A DNA stretch of 64,000 nucleotides from Candidatus Omnitrophota bacterium (GTDB lineage Bacteria; Omnitrophota; Gorgyraeia; Zapsychrales; Fredricksoniimonadaceae): assembly GCA_903861305.1 (NCBI GenBank), contig CAIOTT010000007.1:6027-70026 (forward strand), in the 5' to 3' direction. Position numbers and translations under genes: made by a program. The notes beneath the pieces are model-generated. The model ran no database searches. It saw only the letters and a program-made list of their open reading frames with translations, and was not told where the DNA came from. Positions 63,301 to 64,000 of this stretch are shown here, in pieces (the first letter of the stretch is position 1; each line of letters opens with the position of its first letter).

Positions 63301-64000
63301 CGCGTTCTCACCTGCGGCCACGGTGTTATTCCTTGAAAATGTTTTAAGGATCTTCCCGCCATTCTGTCCCCCCGCCCCCAGGATCGCCCTTAAGGCAAGG
63401 TCATACGTCTGGGCCCCATACGCACTATGCGGTGAACTGTCCCCATAATGGCTGAGTGAAAAACCTGTCACAGGGTTCGACCGGGCGTCGAAGAAACTAA
63501 AGAACTTTTTAATATTCTGCCGCTGTAACGCATCAGGAATGGCGGCAAATACTTTTTCAGGATCTGCCAGCAACATGGCCCCAGCCGCCAAAAGCCCCTT
63601 GATGAAGTTCCGCCTGCTTACAGACGGCCCGGCGGCATCCCTTCCCGTTGACGCAACGGCATTACGGGATCGTTTCAAAGGATCAAAATATGTCGCCACG
63701 GAAAATCTTTTCCCTCTAGAAAAAGATCCCATCGCCTGATCCCTGGAACGCGGCGTGAGCTCTACCATATTTAACAACGCCCCCCCCGAAAAATATTTCC
63801 TGGGGATCATCGTTTGATCAACAGTGTCATGCTCTTCCCGTATAAAGTTAAAGACACCTTTCTTAAAAGCCTCCAGATACATGGCATATATCTTGTCTTT
63901 GCTCTGAGGACCTTTGAACTCCACGCCCAGCACCTTGTTCTGTCCCACATACGCGCTGTTCAAAAATCCCTTTTGGACGCTGCGTTTGAACCATGTCGCC
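60352..64000 (-). CDS. Modular envelope protein, family copy P4 (5' end outside the window): end of N-domain, Tat-like segment, six-hairpin-glycosidase-like region, processive GT2 synthase domain, 4 TM helices, shared C-terminal tag
   Basis: The frame stays open upstream of the track start at 63963 to nt 64000 (..ATWFKRSVQKGFLNSAYVGQNKVLGVEF aligns with MATWFKKSLKESLLGQVYADKGKVAGVKLE of P3). GT2 motifs: NIVIPVFNE, VNDASTDGT, LLDADS, FETGD, QRRRWARG (QxxRW). C-tag: GGVDFNPQNLQLKTSGKG...VDGLTPVIFNIVPVSDPMALI. Confidence 0.8.
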   Translation of the reverse strand, partial: ATWFKRSVQKGFLNSAYVGQNKVLGVEFKGPQSKDKIYAMYLEAFKKGVFNFIREEHDTVDQTMIPRKYFSGGALLNMVELTPRSRDQAMGSFSRGKRFSVATYFDPLKRSRNAVASTGRDAAGPSVSRRNFIKGLLAAGAMLLADPEKVFAAIPDALQRQNIKKFFSFFDARSNPVTGFSLSHYGDSSPHSAYGAQTYDLALRAILGAGGQNGGKILKTFSRNNTVAAGENAPHTINVNYAPAGGIFNNIRITQFNEPNWWDRWEFKVSAGDNAWIGMAALQNYARTSDPDLLRFALERADFLMKLQAVDGGLRYGPRGQFIEGSDLDRQWNAKSTEANESALYFFDMLFAATRKAQYKKAADDIYNYLITKMYDPQTHTFARGESYQQGQWRKDAPEYFAPDIISWAPLERMLADPRFGKDRLERLRTYETMISVTERERGVYEGTAFKGVTFPYGRNAKIVHIEWSSQFALRYLHLAQEYRHQEAAAKDLTLKRFYKSNEDAYQKKYEGLVASLGAYFTVRDGALVAPYAVHTNGEVAANVPTDLGWNTPGGYASVASVYYAFAFAKFDPLVLGGGNFDNAAAQEAVETPVAVGMEDVELFAKLSEERGRVKVRLDGREMPFVYPVAYMDGGTRRTVDPVAMIATISAAANAMQSEDPGFSLKNITRVEVVEEPVDPNIPKEALQIPFQLLVPAGELRALNEEVGSQVADPVREELLKLVIKHGADKAEGQSPEEAEISDLHYLARDNAQLHIPYYPDAKPADYNIVIPVFNEAVKLEFILQQIKKEGYLHKVTFVNDASTDGTKAILDAWKAKEGIEVVHLTQNKKKEGAIRDVLEMFKRQGRLTEKTILLDADSIMMPSHKDKKLDGLINQAAAYMDDQDISGLAFQYDIYLPEKPSFLQKAQYSDFVSMRFVNRLLGKVNQMWVINGRGGIFRSDRLLAVLQDMVPDFETGDLLITVKLMKQGHKVAYFNDLNIVNMDVDTYGDYFKQRRRWARGTTKVVVNEKGFYVKEIKELSRLGIVTVLNTGMRIALMAGLGVFPLARDPFMAMLIGLPVEMAIFTAISCMYSISDRNARNNGAVWKALKWSLYNALLYSTVTVTARLMGFFDAVRFFIKNYGSEAEDPYVAVASPQNEMIAADNGQAAIKKPGIKDLGGVDFNPQNLQLKTSGKGSDMNSDISGMEGLQVDGLTPVIFNIVPVSDPMALISWSD

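Noticed and set aside
1-64000. Search for mobile elements, prophage genes, defence systems, tRNA/rRNA genes and CRISPR arrays
   Set aside because: No ORF translation resembles a transposase, integrase, recombinase, restriction-modification, toxin-antitoxin or Cas protein. No intergenic gap exceeds ~185 nt, and none shows tRNA-like structure on inspection.

Overview
This is a bacterial chromosomal segment from a diderm organism, roughly 50-60% GC by eye. About 45 protein genes are packed tightly, and all but one lie on the minus strand. I saw no rRNA, tRNA, CRISPR array, transposase or integrase. All calls rest on hand reading of the ORF track and the sequence; no BLAST or HMM search was possible.

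Layout:
- 1-8.1 kb: an orphan secretin module (GspC/PilP-like protein, secretin, TPR lipoprotein), then two SUMF1/FGE-fold paralogs and a secreted protein made of 20-aa NW repeats.
- 8.2-21.8 kb: housekeeping and envelope genes. These are GT2-DUF2304-GT2, an S41 peptidase, a lipoate ligase-like gene, gcvT-H-PA-PB, a 1090-aa glycosidase/phosphorylase-like protein, a CE4 deacetylase, YqeY and DUF167.
- 21.9-40.7 kb: an envelope operon. It encodes a 3357-aa beta-helix/Ig/DUF11 protein with a barrel-like C-terminus, a 1909-aa secreted TPR-like coiled-coil protein, a small membrane protein and an AsmA-family protein.
- 40.8-44.2 kb: rsmE, hpf and an archaeal-type Hel308/Ski2 helicase, the only plus-strand gene.
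- 44.2-50.0 kb and 57.2-64.0 kb: four loci of a modular paralog family I do not recognise. Each has a signal peptide, a conserved ~330-aa N-domain, a second hydrophobic or Tat-like segment, a variable cell-wall or polysaccharide enzyme core, and a shared ~60-aa C-terminal GGIDL tag. One copy is split by a single in-frame TAG.
- 50.1-57.1 kb: recO, ybeY, a 7TM-HD protein, phoH, a LysM lipoprotein, an aspS lacking the GAD domain, hisS and HU.

The best candidates for a novel system are the modular paralog family and the giant-protein/AsmA operon. The content suggests an uncultivated lineage rich in giant genes, such as Omnitrophota or PVC-like bacteria, but that is only a guess.
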